From the NCBI GenBank assembly GCA_964499705.1, contig CAZCME010000018.1, forward strand, positions 1-64,000: 64,000 nucleotides of DNA. The letters are read 5' to 3'. The notes beneath the pieces were generated by a model, which had not been told where the DNA came from, made no database searches, and was given only the letters and a program-made list of their open reading frames with translations. Positions 52,927-61,003 of the stretch are shown one piece after another (position 1 is the stretch's first letter; each line of letters begins with the position of its first letter). Source of the DNA: an uncultured bacterium. GTDB taxonomy: Bacteria > UBA8481. Both the position numbers and the translations under genes were made by a program.

Positions 52927-54489
52927 CTATCGATATCTCGCCATCAGATCGGCGATCTGAGAGGGAGTCATTCCAAGATTCTGCAACCAGATATGAAGAC
53001 CGTCGGACTGCAGCACCTGCTGCAGGACTTCGCCCGGGAGCGCATCGAGCGCCTCGGTCACTTCCTCCAGGTTCCGGACGACGACGCCCGAGGGCAGCGT
53101 GAACGGACCGGCGGGCACCGGCGCGGCCTTGGGTCGCTTCAGGCGACGCTTGCCGCTCATCCTGGATTCGGTGGCTTCCGCGAGCTTGGCCTGGAGTTCC
53201 GTCCAACGGGTTCGCGCGGTCTCGGCGACGGCCTTCGCGCCTTCTTCACCCAGGAATCCGGCCAGCAATTCCTCGGATGCCGATGCCACCGATTCGATGT
53301 CGGTCAGGCCGGCCTGCTCGAGGATCGGAGCCGTTTCCGGGCCGATGCCGATCGAAGCGAGTACTTCCGCCGGTGTCGAGCCGAATGTCAGGCGGATCAA
53401 TTCGTCCGCCTCCTCCTTCGCCGCGCTTCCCGCGCCGCGAATGTCGATCTTCCAGTTCGTGAGCTTCGCGGCGAGGCGGGCGTTCTGCCCTTCCTTGCCG
53501 ATCGCCAGGGAAAGATGATCGTCGGGAACGATCACTTCCGCGGTCCGGCGTTCCTCATGGATGATGACGCGGTCGCATTCCGCGGGAGACAGGGCATTCC
53601 GGATGAAGACCGTCGGTTCCGCGTCCCAATGGACGATGTCGATCTTCTCGCCGCCCAGTTCCTTCACGATCGTCTGGACGCGGATCCCCTTCTGTCCGAC
53701 GCAGGCGCCGACAGGATCGACCGCGGAATCGCGCGACGAAACCGCGACCTTTGTGCGGAATCCCGGCTCCCTCGCGATCGACTTGATCTCCACGGTCTTG
53801 TCGAAGACCTCGGAGATTTCCATCTCGAACAGGCGCTGCACGAGCCAGGGATGCGCGCGCGACAGGACGATCTGCGGACCTTTCGGTCCGAGGCGCACTT
53901 CCGTGATGACCGCCTTGATGCGCTCGTTCTCCTTGTATTTCTCGCGCGGGGGCAGCTCGCGGCGCGGAAGAATCGCCTCGACCTTCCCGATCTCGACGAT
54001 GAAATTGCCGTGGCGGATCCGCTGGATCTTGCCATGGACCATTTCGCCCTCGTGGCCCTTGTATTCCTCGTACACGAGGCGACGTTCCGCCTCGCGGATG
54101 CGCTGGCGGATGATCTGTTTGGCCAGGAGCGCCGCGACGCGGCCGAAGCCGTCGGGAATGTTGGAAGGAGAATTGATCGTGGATGAAGATACCTCGACGA
54201 GAACCTGCGATCCCAGGCCGTATTTCGCGGCGGCGGGATCGCTCTGAGCAATCTCCGTCAGAGGATCGGCCACGGTCTCGACCACCGTCTTCGCTCCGAA
54301 TATGGTGAACCTGCCGTTCCGCTCCAGCTTCGTTTTAACCGGCATGTCGACGTTGTAGTGGCGCTTGAAAGCCTCGGATACCGCTTCCTCGACGGCGCTT
54401 TCAATGGTGGTGGTGTCGAGCCCCTTCTCGGATGTGACCTCCTCCATCGCGTCGTGAACGCTGGGAGGTATATAGCGCTGCTTTACCAC
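52927..54489 (-). CDS. nusA: Transcription termination/antitermination factor NusA with a C-terminal extension
   Basis: FGRVAA..AKQ, SRAHP, AREPG.RTKVAV, D.VGACVG..G.R, SLAIGK.GQNARLA..LT. Confidence 0.95.
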   Translation of the reverse strand: MVKQRYIPPSVHDAMEEVTSEKGLDTTTIESAVEEAVSEAFKRHYNVDMPVKTKLERNGRFTIFGAKTVVETVADPLTEIAQSDPAAAKYGLGSQVLVEVSSSTINSPSNIPDGFGRVAALLAKQIIRQRIREAERRLVYEEYKGHEGEMVHGKIQRIRHGNFIVEIGKVEAILPRRELPPREKYKENERIKAVITEVRLGPKGPQIVLSRAHPWLVQRLFEMEISEVFDKTVEIKSIAREPGFRTKVAVSSRDSAVDPVGACVGQKGIRVQTIVKELGGEKIDIVHWDAEPTVFIRNALSPAECDRVIIHEERRTAEVIVPDDHLSLAIGKEGQNARLAAKLTNWKIDIRGAGSAAKEEADELIRLTFGSTPAEVLASIGIGPETAPILEQAGLTDIESVASASEELLAGFLGEEGAKAVAETARTRWTELQAKLAEATESRMSGKRRLKRPKAAPVPAGPFTLPSGVVVRNLEEVTEALDALPGEVLQQVLQSDGLHIWLQNLGMTPSQIADLMARYR

Positions 54490-54578
54490 GGAGTCGTGAT
54501 TTCCCGCGCGATCGCGCGGAACGGTTCGTTGTGTCTCAAAAAATTCTCCTTGCCCCGCCCCGGGTGGTGTTTAACGAA

Positions 54579-54610
54579 AGAGGGCGGCCCGGTTTTCCGG
54601 ACCACCCTCT
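54579..54610 (-). promoter_or_regulatory. Leader hairpin upstream of the nusA operon (rimP-leader-like position)
   Basis: Minus-strand AGAGGGUGGUCCGG-AAAA-CCGGGCCGCCCUCU. Both non-Watson-Crick positions are G.U pairs only on this strand. Confidence 0.55.
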
Positions 54611-54704
54611 CGCTTGGGGCTATGAGGTTGTTGCCGAAACTTTACCCCGGCTGCAAAACGAGCGCAAGCGAAATTAATGCACAGGAGAGAATACGCTCCC
54701 CTCT

Positions 54705-54929
54705 TCAGATGTTGTATTCCGGATCTTTTTTCCTGCCGAACGATATTTTCAGCCAGATGCGCTCATGGAGATAGAAAAGCGCGATCTTCGTGAAAAGCTC
54801 CGCGGCGCCGATCGAGAGCGCGATCTTCAGGGTGCCGCTTATGATCCAGGAAAGGATGATGGTATCCAGCGTGCCCGTGATCCGCCACGAGACCGCCTTG
54901 ATGACGCTTCTGAAATGGTCTTCGGCCAT
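54705..54929 (-). CDS. DUF2061 small membrane protein
   Basis: RS..KA.SWRI.GT.DT...S, K..L.Y.HERIW..I.FG. Confidence 0.88.
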   Translation of the reverse strand: MAEDHFRSVIKAVSWRITGTLDTIILSWIISGTLKIALSIGAAELFTKIALFYLHERIWLKISFGRKKDPEYNI

Positions 54930-55047
54930 GATAACCGGGGAGCATACACGATGGGGCGCCGACTCACCACCGCGATTGTCGGCGACAGATTCAGCCTGAC
55001 CGTTTTTTCCACCTCAAGCGGCGCATGATATGATATTTTCTCTAGCC

Positions 55048-55389
55048 ATGCGCACCATCATCGTTGACGGAGCGGCCTCCCAGCGCCGCATTCTCTCGCT
55101 CCTCCTGGAAACGGAATGCTCCGTTCATGCGGACTCCGTCGACTCGCCGGAAGCCGCGTCTCCCTATGCCGAATCCGACCGCGTTTTTCTCGACGCCTCT
55201 TTCTCCGTCGGGTCGGTCGCCCCAGCCGGCGTCATCGTCACCGGCGCCGCGAAGCAGGATGAGCTCCTCGCTCGGAGAATCCGCGAGGGCGCTTCCACAT
55301 TCCTGGTGAAGCCCTACATGAAGGAAACGTTCCTGCGCGCGCTGGACGAAGCCGCGCTCATGGCGAATGCCGCCGGGTCGAACTCATGA
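55048..55389 (+). CDS. Degenerate single-domain receiver (CheY-like) protein
   Basis: IIVD...R..L..LL, VFLD, GA..FLVKP. Shortened; stop overlaps the yicC start. Confidence 0.6.
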   Translation: MRTIIVDGAASQRRILSLLLETECSVHADSVDSPEAASPYAESDRVFLDASFSVGSVAPAGVIVTGAAKQDELLARRIREGASTFLVKPYMKETFLRALDEAALMANAAGSNS

Positions 55390-56285
55390 GGTCGATGACC
55401 GGGTTCGGCGGGAAGAAGCATACCGAAGGCGGCATCTCTGTGGAGGTCGAGCTGAAATCCTGGAACCACAAGGGGCTCGACGTCCAGATGAAGCTGCCCG
55501 AATCGTTCGCGCGCCTCGACGCGTCGCTCCGCGATCTCGCCTCGAAGAAAGCGGGACGCGGGAAAGTATTCTGCACGGTCCGCGTCCGCGGGAATTTCTC
55601 GGGCGAGGTGATCCTGAACGACACGCTCATCACCGGGGTCGTCGCGCCTTTCCGCAGGCTCTGCGAGAAGAACGGTCTTCCCGCCTCCGTCTCGCTCTCC
55701 GACCTGATGGATATCCCCGGCGCCGTGGAGATCGTGGAGGGGGAAACCGAGCCGGTGGAAGCGCTCATCCGCTCCACCATCGAGAATGCTCTCGAGGAAT
55801 GGGACCGGTCGCGTCTCGTGGAAGGCGAGCGGCTGCAGATCGCGATCCGCGACCAGGTCGCCTCTCTCGAATCGGCCGTCGCGATCATCGAGAAGCGCAA
55901 CGAGACCGCTCCGGCCGAACAGAAGGCGCGCATGAAGACGCGCGTGGCGGAATTGATCGCCGAGCACGCTCCGACGGCCACCGGCGAGACGGGCGTCGAC
56001 GAGAAACGGCTGGAACTCGAGCTGGCGCTCCTCGCCGAAAAGAGCGACGTCAAGGAGGAGATCGTCCGCCTGCATACGCACATCAGGGCGGCCCGGAAGC
56101 TGATCGACCAGGCCGGCGCCGCCGCGAGGGCGGTCGGCGCGGAGCTGGGATTCATCCTGCAGGAACTTTTGCGCGAAACCAACACCGTGGGATCCAAGAC
56201 GCAGGACATCGAGACCATCGGCGCCGTCATCGCGGGCAAGACCGCGATCGACAGGATCAAGGAACTGGCCGCGAATGTCGTCTAA
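55386..56285 (+). CDS. yicC: YicC/YloC family endoribonuclease
   Basis: MRSMTGFG, E.KS.NH..LD, D..EEI.RL..H, F..QE..RE.NT.GSK. Confidence 0.92.
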   Translation: MRSMTGFGGKKHTEGGISVEVELKSWNHKGLDVQMKLPESFARLDASLRDLASKKAGRGKVFCTVRVRGNFSGEVILNDTLITGVVAPFRRLCEKNGLPASVSLSDLMDIPGAVEIVEGETEPVEALIRSTIENALEEWDRSRLVEGERLQIAIRDQVASLESAVAIIEKRNETAPAEQKARMKTRVAELIAEHAPTATGETGVDEKRLELELALLAEKSDVKEEIVRLHTHIRAARKLIDQAGAAARAVGAELGFILQELLRETNTVGSKTQDIETIGAVIAGKTAIDRIKELAANVV

Positions 56286-56294
56286 TATCGGACC

Positions 56295-56383
56295 GTCATT
56301 CCAGCGCGCCGTCGCGTCCGGATGCGGGAATCGAGAGGGGGCGATGCAAGCTCGCCCTGGATCCCCGCTTCCGCGGACATGAC
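56295..56383. repeat. REP-like palindromic element (GTCATTCC...GCGGGAATC...CTGGATCCCCGC...ATGAC)
   Basis: Terminal GTCAT/ATGAC and two internal hairpin halves, between yicC and gmk. Confidence 0.65.
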
Positions 56384-56389
56384 ATTCTG

Positions 56390-57025
56390 ATGCGCCGACA
56401 CGGCATACTCTTCGTCATCTCAGCGCCTTCCGGCGCGGGAAAATCCACGCTCACGAAACTGCTTCTCTCCACGGTCAGCGGCATCGAATATTCGATCTCC
56501 ACGACGACGCGGCCCATCCGGCCCGGGGAGCGGGATGGAGTCGATTATCACTTCACGGATGTCGATACATTCAAACGGCTGATTACGGATGGCGCTTTCC
56601 TCGAACATGCCTATGTGCACGGCAATTACTACGGGACGCGGCGCGAAACCGTGGAGTCGACGCTCCGGAACGGCGTGGACCTCCTCCTCGACATCGATAT
56701 CCAGGGCGGCCGGCAGATCCGAAGGCATCTGCGCTCGGAGGAAGAACCTCCGTTCAGCTTTCCCCTGACCGCCGTCTTCGTCTTCATCATGCCGCCGTCG
56801 ATGAAGGCACTGGAGCTTCGTCTCCGGCAGCGAAAGACGGAAAGCGAGGAGGCCATCCGGCGCCGGCTGAAGAACGCCGAGGAGGAAATGCAGTCCGCCA
56901 AGGATTATGATTATGTCCTCGTGAACGAGGACGTCGAGGCCGCGGCGGCGCGGCTGGCGGAAATTGTCAAGGTGGAGCGGACGCGGGCCATGGGGATCGC
57001 GATCAGGAACGAGGCGGGACGATGA
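56390..57025 (+). CDS. gmk: Guanylate kinase
   Basis: SAPSGAGKST, S.TTR..RPGE.DG.DYHF, GNYYGT, DID.QG, FI.PPS. Confidence 0.96.
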   Translation: MRRHGILFVISAPSGAGKSTLTKLLLSTVSGIEYSISTTTRPIRPGERDGVDYHFTDVDTFKRLITDGAFLEHAYVHGNYYGTRRETVESTLRNGVDLLLDIDIQGGRQIRRHLRSEEEPPFSFPLTAVFVFIMPPSMKALELRLRQRKTESEEAIRRRLKNAEEEMQSAKDYDYVLVNEDVEAAAARLAEIVKVERTRAMGIAIRNEAGR

Positions 57026-58050
57026 GCGCTGATGCCAATGTCTGGGACAGGATCGCCGACGGAAATCTGGGCGTCTCGGCCGGCGAACGGTTTGTCGTGC
57101 TCCGGGACGAAGGCATCGACGTGCAATTCTGCGCGGCCGCGAACAGGCGCAGAGCCGAACTCGTCACCGCGCCCTCGACCGGCGGGCATGGCCGTGAGCC
57201 GCACACGGAAGTCTGGCGCGGCGTCTTCGGTTCGGCCGCCGTCGCCCGGCTCGAAATGGCCGGCGTCCTCGATCGGCTTCTCGCGAAGACGCTCGACAGC
57301 GACGACAAGTCGATGCTCGATGAATGGGCCCTGCAGGTCGCGCCGCTGGCGCCGAAGGCTGTTCTCGCGGTCACGCATTTTTCCACGTCGCACACCGCGT
57401 TCCGCAGGCTCCTGAATGCCGCCGGGGCGCGTTACGCATCCATGCCCCTGTTCCAGCCCTTCCTTCTCCGCAAGGACGGTCCGCTCGATCTCGATCCCGC
57501 CCTGCTGGCGGAACGCACGCAGCGGCTGGCCCGTCGCGTGGAGGGTGCAAAGCGGATCCGCATCACGACGCCTCGCGGCACGGACCTCCTGCTCTTCGTG
57601 GAAGGTCGACGCTTCCTGCCGGACGATGGCGTCCTCACCGCGCCGGGCAGCTTCGGCAATCTCCCCGCGGGCGAAGTCTACGTGGCGCCCCTGGAAGACA
57701 CCGCGGAAGGCACGATGGTTCTCGAATCGGAATCGCCCGGCGGCGACACGCGCCTGACGATCCGCGAGGGACGCATCGTCGAGATCACGCAGGGAACGGA
57801 GCTTATCGATCTCTTCCGCGAGCATCCCGAATATTTCCGGGTCGCGGAGCTGGGCATCGGCACGAATGACAAGGCATCGCGCGCCGACAATGTTCTCGAG
57901 GCGGAAAAGATTCTCGGCACAGTGCATGTCGCTTTCGGCGATAATTCGTCTTTCGGAGGCAAACAGCAGATTCCTTACCACGTCGATCATGTTCTTTATC
58001 AACCGACTCTCGATGTGGACGGGCAGATTATCGACCTGAACGCCTTATGA
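57022..58050 (+). CDS. Aminopeptidase (M29 / thermophilic metalloprotease-like)
   Basis: GT.L, GNLP.GEV..AP, AELGIG.N, E.EK..GTVH.AFG.N, H.D. Confidence 0.85.
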   Translation: MSADANVWDRIADGNLGVSAGERFVVLRDEGIDVQFCAAANRRRAELVTAPSTGGHGREPHTEVWRGVFGSAAVARLEMAGVLDRLLAKTLDSDDKSMLDEWALQVAPLAPKAVLAVTHFSTSHTAFRRLLNAAGARYASMPLFQPFLLRKDGPLDLDPALLAERTQRLARRVEGAKRIRITTPRGTDLLLFVEGRRFLPDDGVLTAPGSFGNLPAGEVYVAPLEDTAEGTMVLESESPGGDTRLTIREGRIVEITQGTELIDLFREHPEYFRVAELGIGTNDKASRADNVLEAEKILGTVHVAFGDNSSFGGKQQIPYHVDHVLYQPTLDVDGQIIDLNAL

Positions 58051-58078
58051 ATCCTCCTCACTACGGCCAATCGCTTTC

Positions 58079-58900
58079 ATGAAAATCTCCGTCCTCCAGG
58101 TCCGCTCCATCGATGATGAAACCGTCAACCTCGCCAAGCTCGACACCATGATCCGGACCGCCGCGGCGGAGGGATCGAAGCTCGTGGTTCTCCCCGAGGT
58201 CGCCTATTACCGAGGCAGAAGCTCGGAGGCGACGCCCGACCACCTCCCGGGCCGCGCGACGAAGTTCATATGCCATCTCGCGAAGGAACTGGGAATCTGG
58301 ATCCATGGAGGTTCCTTCGCGGAATCCATACCCGGATCGAATAAATGCTTCAACACCGCGTTTCTTTCCTCTCCGGAGGGAAACATCGCGTCCGTATACA
58401 GGAAGATTCATCTCTTCAATGTCGATCTCCCCGACCTGAGGCTGATGGAATCCGATACCTTCGATCCGGGCAGGGAGCTCATCACGGCGCCTGTGATCGA
58501 CGCGGACGGCGCGAATTCCTTCACGATCGGCATGCTCGTCTGCTATGACCTCCGCTTTCCGGCCGTCTGGAGCGCCCTGCGGGACCGGGGAGCAAACGTC
58601 TTCGCGCTGCCGGTGAACTTCACCTGGAAGACCGGCGAAGCGCACTGGGAAGTTCTGTTGCGGGCCCGCGCGATCGAGACGCAGAGCTATGTCGCCGCGT
58701 CGGCGCAATGGGGAGAACATCCGCACAAGAACTTCTCCGCCTACGGCCGCGCGATGATCGTCGATCCGTGGGGAGTCATTCTCGCGCAGGCGGGAACCGA
58801 AGGGGACATCGTGATATCGGCGGATATCTCCCTGGAATATCTCGAATCTGTCCGGCGCACAATGCCCGTGCATGGGCACAAGCGGAACGATATCTATTGA
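58079..58900 (+). CDS. Carbon-nitrogen hydrolase (Nit / deaminated-glutathione-amidase-like)
   Basis: Triad motifs LPE, YRKIHLF, CYDLRFP; TG.AHW..L.RARAIE.Q; IVDPWG. Confidence 0.9.
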   Translation: MKISVLQVRSIDDETVNLAKLDTMIRTAAAEGSKLVVLPEVAYYRGRSSEATPDHLPGRATKFICHLAKELGIWIHGGSFAESIPGSNKCFNTAFLSSPEGNIASVYRKIHLFNVDLPDLRLMESDTFDPGRELITAPVIDADGANSFTIGMLVCYDLRFPAVWSALRDRGANVFALPVNFTWKTGEAHWEVLLRARAIETQSYVAASAQWGEHPHKNFSAYGRAMIVDPWGVILAQAGTEGDIVISADISLEYLESVRRTMPVHGHKRNDIY

Positions 58901-58930
58901 CACTTCGACGTCTCCCGCTATCATTCGCTC

Positions 58931-59167
58931 ATGGAAATTTTCATTGAAAAACTGATCGCACAGGCCACCTCGAAGTACGCGCTCGGCATGATGATCGCCA
59001 AGCGCGCGAAAGAAGTGACGGCCGGAGCCAAGGTCTATGCCACCGATATCTCGGGCAAGCCCGACATGATCGCCATGCGCGAAATGACCGAGGGCAAGAT
59101 CAAGCTCGTCATCAAGCCGAAGGTCGAAAAGCCTGTCGCACCTGCGGAGCAGGCTCCGGTCCTGTAA
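58931..59167 (+). CDS. rpoZ: RNA polymerase omega subunit
   Basis: SKY.L....AKRA.E...KP...A..E...GKI; directly upstream of coaBC. Confidence 0.85.
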   Translation: MEIFIEKLIAQATSKYALGMMIAKRAKEVTAGAKVYATDISGKPDMIAMREMTEGKIKLVIKPKVEKPVAPAEQAPVL

Positions 59168-59179
59168 TAGTCGCGCTTC

Positions 59180-60571
59180 GTGAGCTCGACGAACGAAGCG
59201 GGAAACTCCTCTCCCCTCATTCTTCTCGGCGTCACCGGATCGATCGCCGCCTATAAGTCGCCCCAGATTCTCAGGCTCCTCGCGGACGACGGCCTCTCCG
59301 TCCGTGTGGCGATGACAAATGCGGCGACCAGGTTCATCGGACCGCTGACATTCGACGCCCTGGGCGGCGGCCCCGTCTACCTCGATCAACTATCCCTGGC
59401 CGCGCCGGGTACCTCGGCCGCGCCGCGTCCATCCGGGATCGAACACACCGACCTCACCGCCGTCGCGGAAGCCCTCCTCATCGCTCCCGCCACCGCCGAC
59501 ATCATCGCCAAGGTCGCGCATGGTCTCGGGGACGATCCTGTCTCCGCGCTGGCCCTGGCCATGAAACGCGACGCGGCTCTTGTTGTGGCTCCCGCCATGA
59601 ATCCCCGGATGTGGGCGAATCCCGCGGTCCGGGCCAACATCGCTCTGCTCCGTGAACGCGGCGCCATCATCGTAGGTCCCGCGGAAGGCGACATGGCCTG
59701 CGGAGACATGGGCACGGGCCGGATGAGCGAACCGGAGGAGATCGTCTCGTGGACGAGGCGGGCGCTTTCACGATCCCGAAAGCCGACGGAGCTGAGGGTG
59801 CTCATACTTTCCGGGCCCACGCGTGAACCGATCGACGATGTGCGCTTTCTTTCGAACGGTTCGTCCGGCCGGATGGGCCGGGCGCTGGCGGAGTCCGCTT
59901 TCGAGGCCGGGCACGATGTCACGGTCATATCCGGCCCCTCGGAAATTCCCATGCCGCACTGGATCAGGACGATCCGCGTCAACACCGCCCTGGAAATGCT
60001 CGCGGAATCGAAGAGAATCGCGTGCGATCTCGTCATCTCCCCCGCCGCCATCGCCGATTTTTCGCCCGCGCACCGCGAAACGGGCAAGCCGCCGAAGGAC
60101 GCCTCCGGCGCCATCGAATGGGTCGCTACCCCAGACGTCCTCGCCGCCCTGCAGAAACATTGGTCCACCGTAATTCGCTCGGCGGGGCCGGCCGCGGAGG
60201 ATCAAACGGCTCTGGCGAAGGCGAAGAAGTCCGGCGTTCTCGCCACGCCCATGGCCGTTTCCACCATGATGACGGCGACGGACAAGACCGTATCCGCGGA
60301 GCCCGATCTCGCGTCCTTGATGCGTAAATCTCCCGTCGTCGTCGCCTTCGCCGCGGAGGAGAGCGAAGATGATTTCGCGAAGGCCGTGGAGAAAGCCGGC
60401 CGGAAAGGCGCCCGCGCCATCGTCCTGAACGAGGTGTTGTCGACGATGGGTTCGACCGACGCGAAAGTGAAGTTCATCGACGTCCACGGCGGCTCCGTCA
60501 CCGCCATCGGTCCCGGCCCTAAAAAATTCGTCGCCCGTGAAATTCTCCGGCTTGCTACATCGAAGGCGTGA
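59180..60571 (+). CDS. coaBC: Phosphopantothenoylcysteine decarboxylase / synthetase
   Basis: LGVTGSIAAYK, APATA..IAK.A.G..D, PAMN..MW, ACG..G.GR, GPT.E.ID.VRFLSN.SSG.MG, FAAE. Confidence 0.93.
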   Translation: MSSTNEAGNSSPLILLGVTGSIAAYKSPQILRLLADDGLSVRVAMTNAATRFIGPLTFDALGGGPVYLDQLSLAAPGTSAAPRPSGIEHTDLTAVAEALLIAPATADIIAKVAHGLGDDPVSALALAMKRDAALVVAPAMNPRMWANPAVRANIALLRERGAIIVGPAEGDMACGDMGTGRMSEPEEIVSWTRRALSRSRKPTELRVLILSGPTREPIDDVRFLSNGSSGRMGRALAESAFEAGHDVTVISGPSEIPMPHWIRTIRVNTALEMLAESKRIACDLVISPAAIADFSPAHRETGKPPKDASGAIEWVATPDVLAALQKHWSTVIRSAGPAAEDQTALAKAKKSGVLATPMAVSTMMTATDKTVSAEPDLASLMRKSPVVVAFAAEESEDDFAKAVEKAGRKGARAIVLNEVLSTMGSTDAKVKFIDVHGGSVTAIGPGPKKFVAREILRLATSKA

Positions 60572-60585
60572 CATATACTTCACCC

Positions 60586-60855
60586 ATGATCGACAAGAAA
60601 GAGCAGGAACTGATCGACGCGGTGGCCAGCGCGCGCGCTCATGGAGATCTTTCCGAGAATGCCGAGTATCACGCCGCGCGCGAAGCGCTGGCGCTGTACA
60701 GGTCCCGCAAGGATGCGGACGAAGCGGCGCTGAAGGAAGAGGAACGGCGGAAGAGGAAGCTCGAGGAGGAGCGTTCCTCCGCGGTCGAGGAGCTGGTCGA
60801 GAGCGGCATGTCGATCGAAGAGATCAAGGCCACGATGCCGTGGATGTTTAAATAG
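60586..60855 (+). CDS. Small protein containing only the GreA N-terminal coiled-coil tip
   Basis: ARAHGDLSENAEYHAARE is the Gre acidic-tip signature. It is followed by a charged helix and lacks the FKBP-like C-terminal domain. Confidence 0.7.
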   Translation: MIDKKEQELIDAVASARAHGDLSENAEYHAAREALALYRSRKDADEAALKEEERRKRKLEEERSSAVEELVESGMSIEEIKATMPWMFK

Positions 60856-60875
60856 CCGGACTTATGCAAGTCCGG
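60856..60875. terminator. Hairpin CCGGACTT-ATGC-AAGTCCGG right after the stop codon
   Basis: 8-bp perfect stem between convergent genes. Confidence 0.5.
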
Positions 60876-61003
60876 AAATCCTAACCTCTAAATCCGAAAT
60901 CCGAACGAAATCCTAAATCCCAAATCCAAAACTCGTTTGGCCGTAATTTGGGATTAAGGATTTCGTTAGGATTTAGAAGTTCGGATTTAGGATTTAGGAA
61001 TTT
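60876..61003. repeat. Long AAATCCN heptamer palindrome
   Basis: Several AAATCC(T/G/C/A) units on the left mirrored by GGATTT units on the right. Confidence 0.85.

Noticed and set aside
55367-57025. 552-aa ORF suggesting a long N-terminal fusion to Gmk
   Set aside because: The upstream part is an alternative frame over yicC and the REP-like element; Gmk homology starts at ATG 56390.
58079-58900. Nitrilase as partner of the RT (as in RT-nitrilase DRT1-type systems)
   Set aside because: It is 41 kb away inside the gmk-rpoZ cluster and looks like an ordinary Nit-family amidase.
60876-61003. Short-repeat tracts as CRISPR arrays
   Set aside because: The units are 7-9 nt, tandem and mirrored, with no repeat-spacer periodicity and no cas genes.
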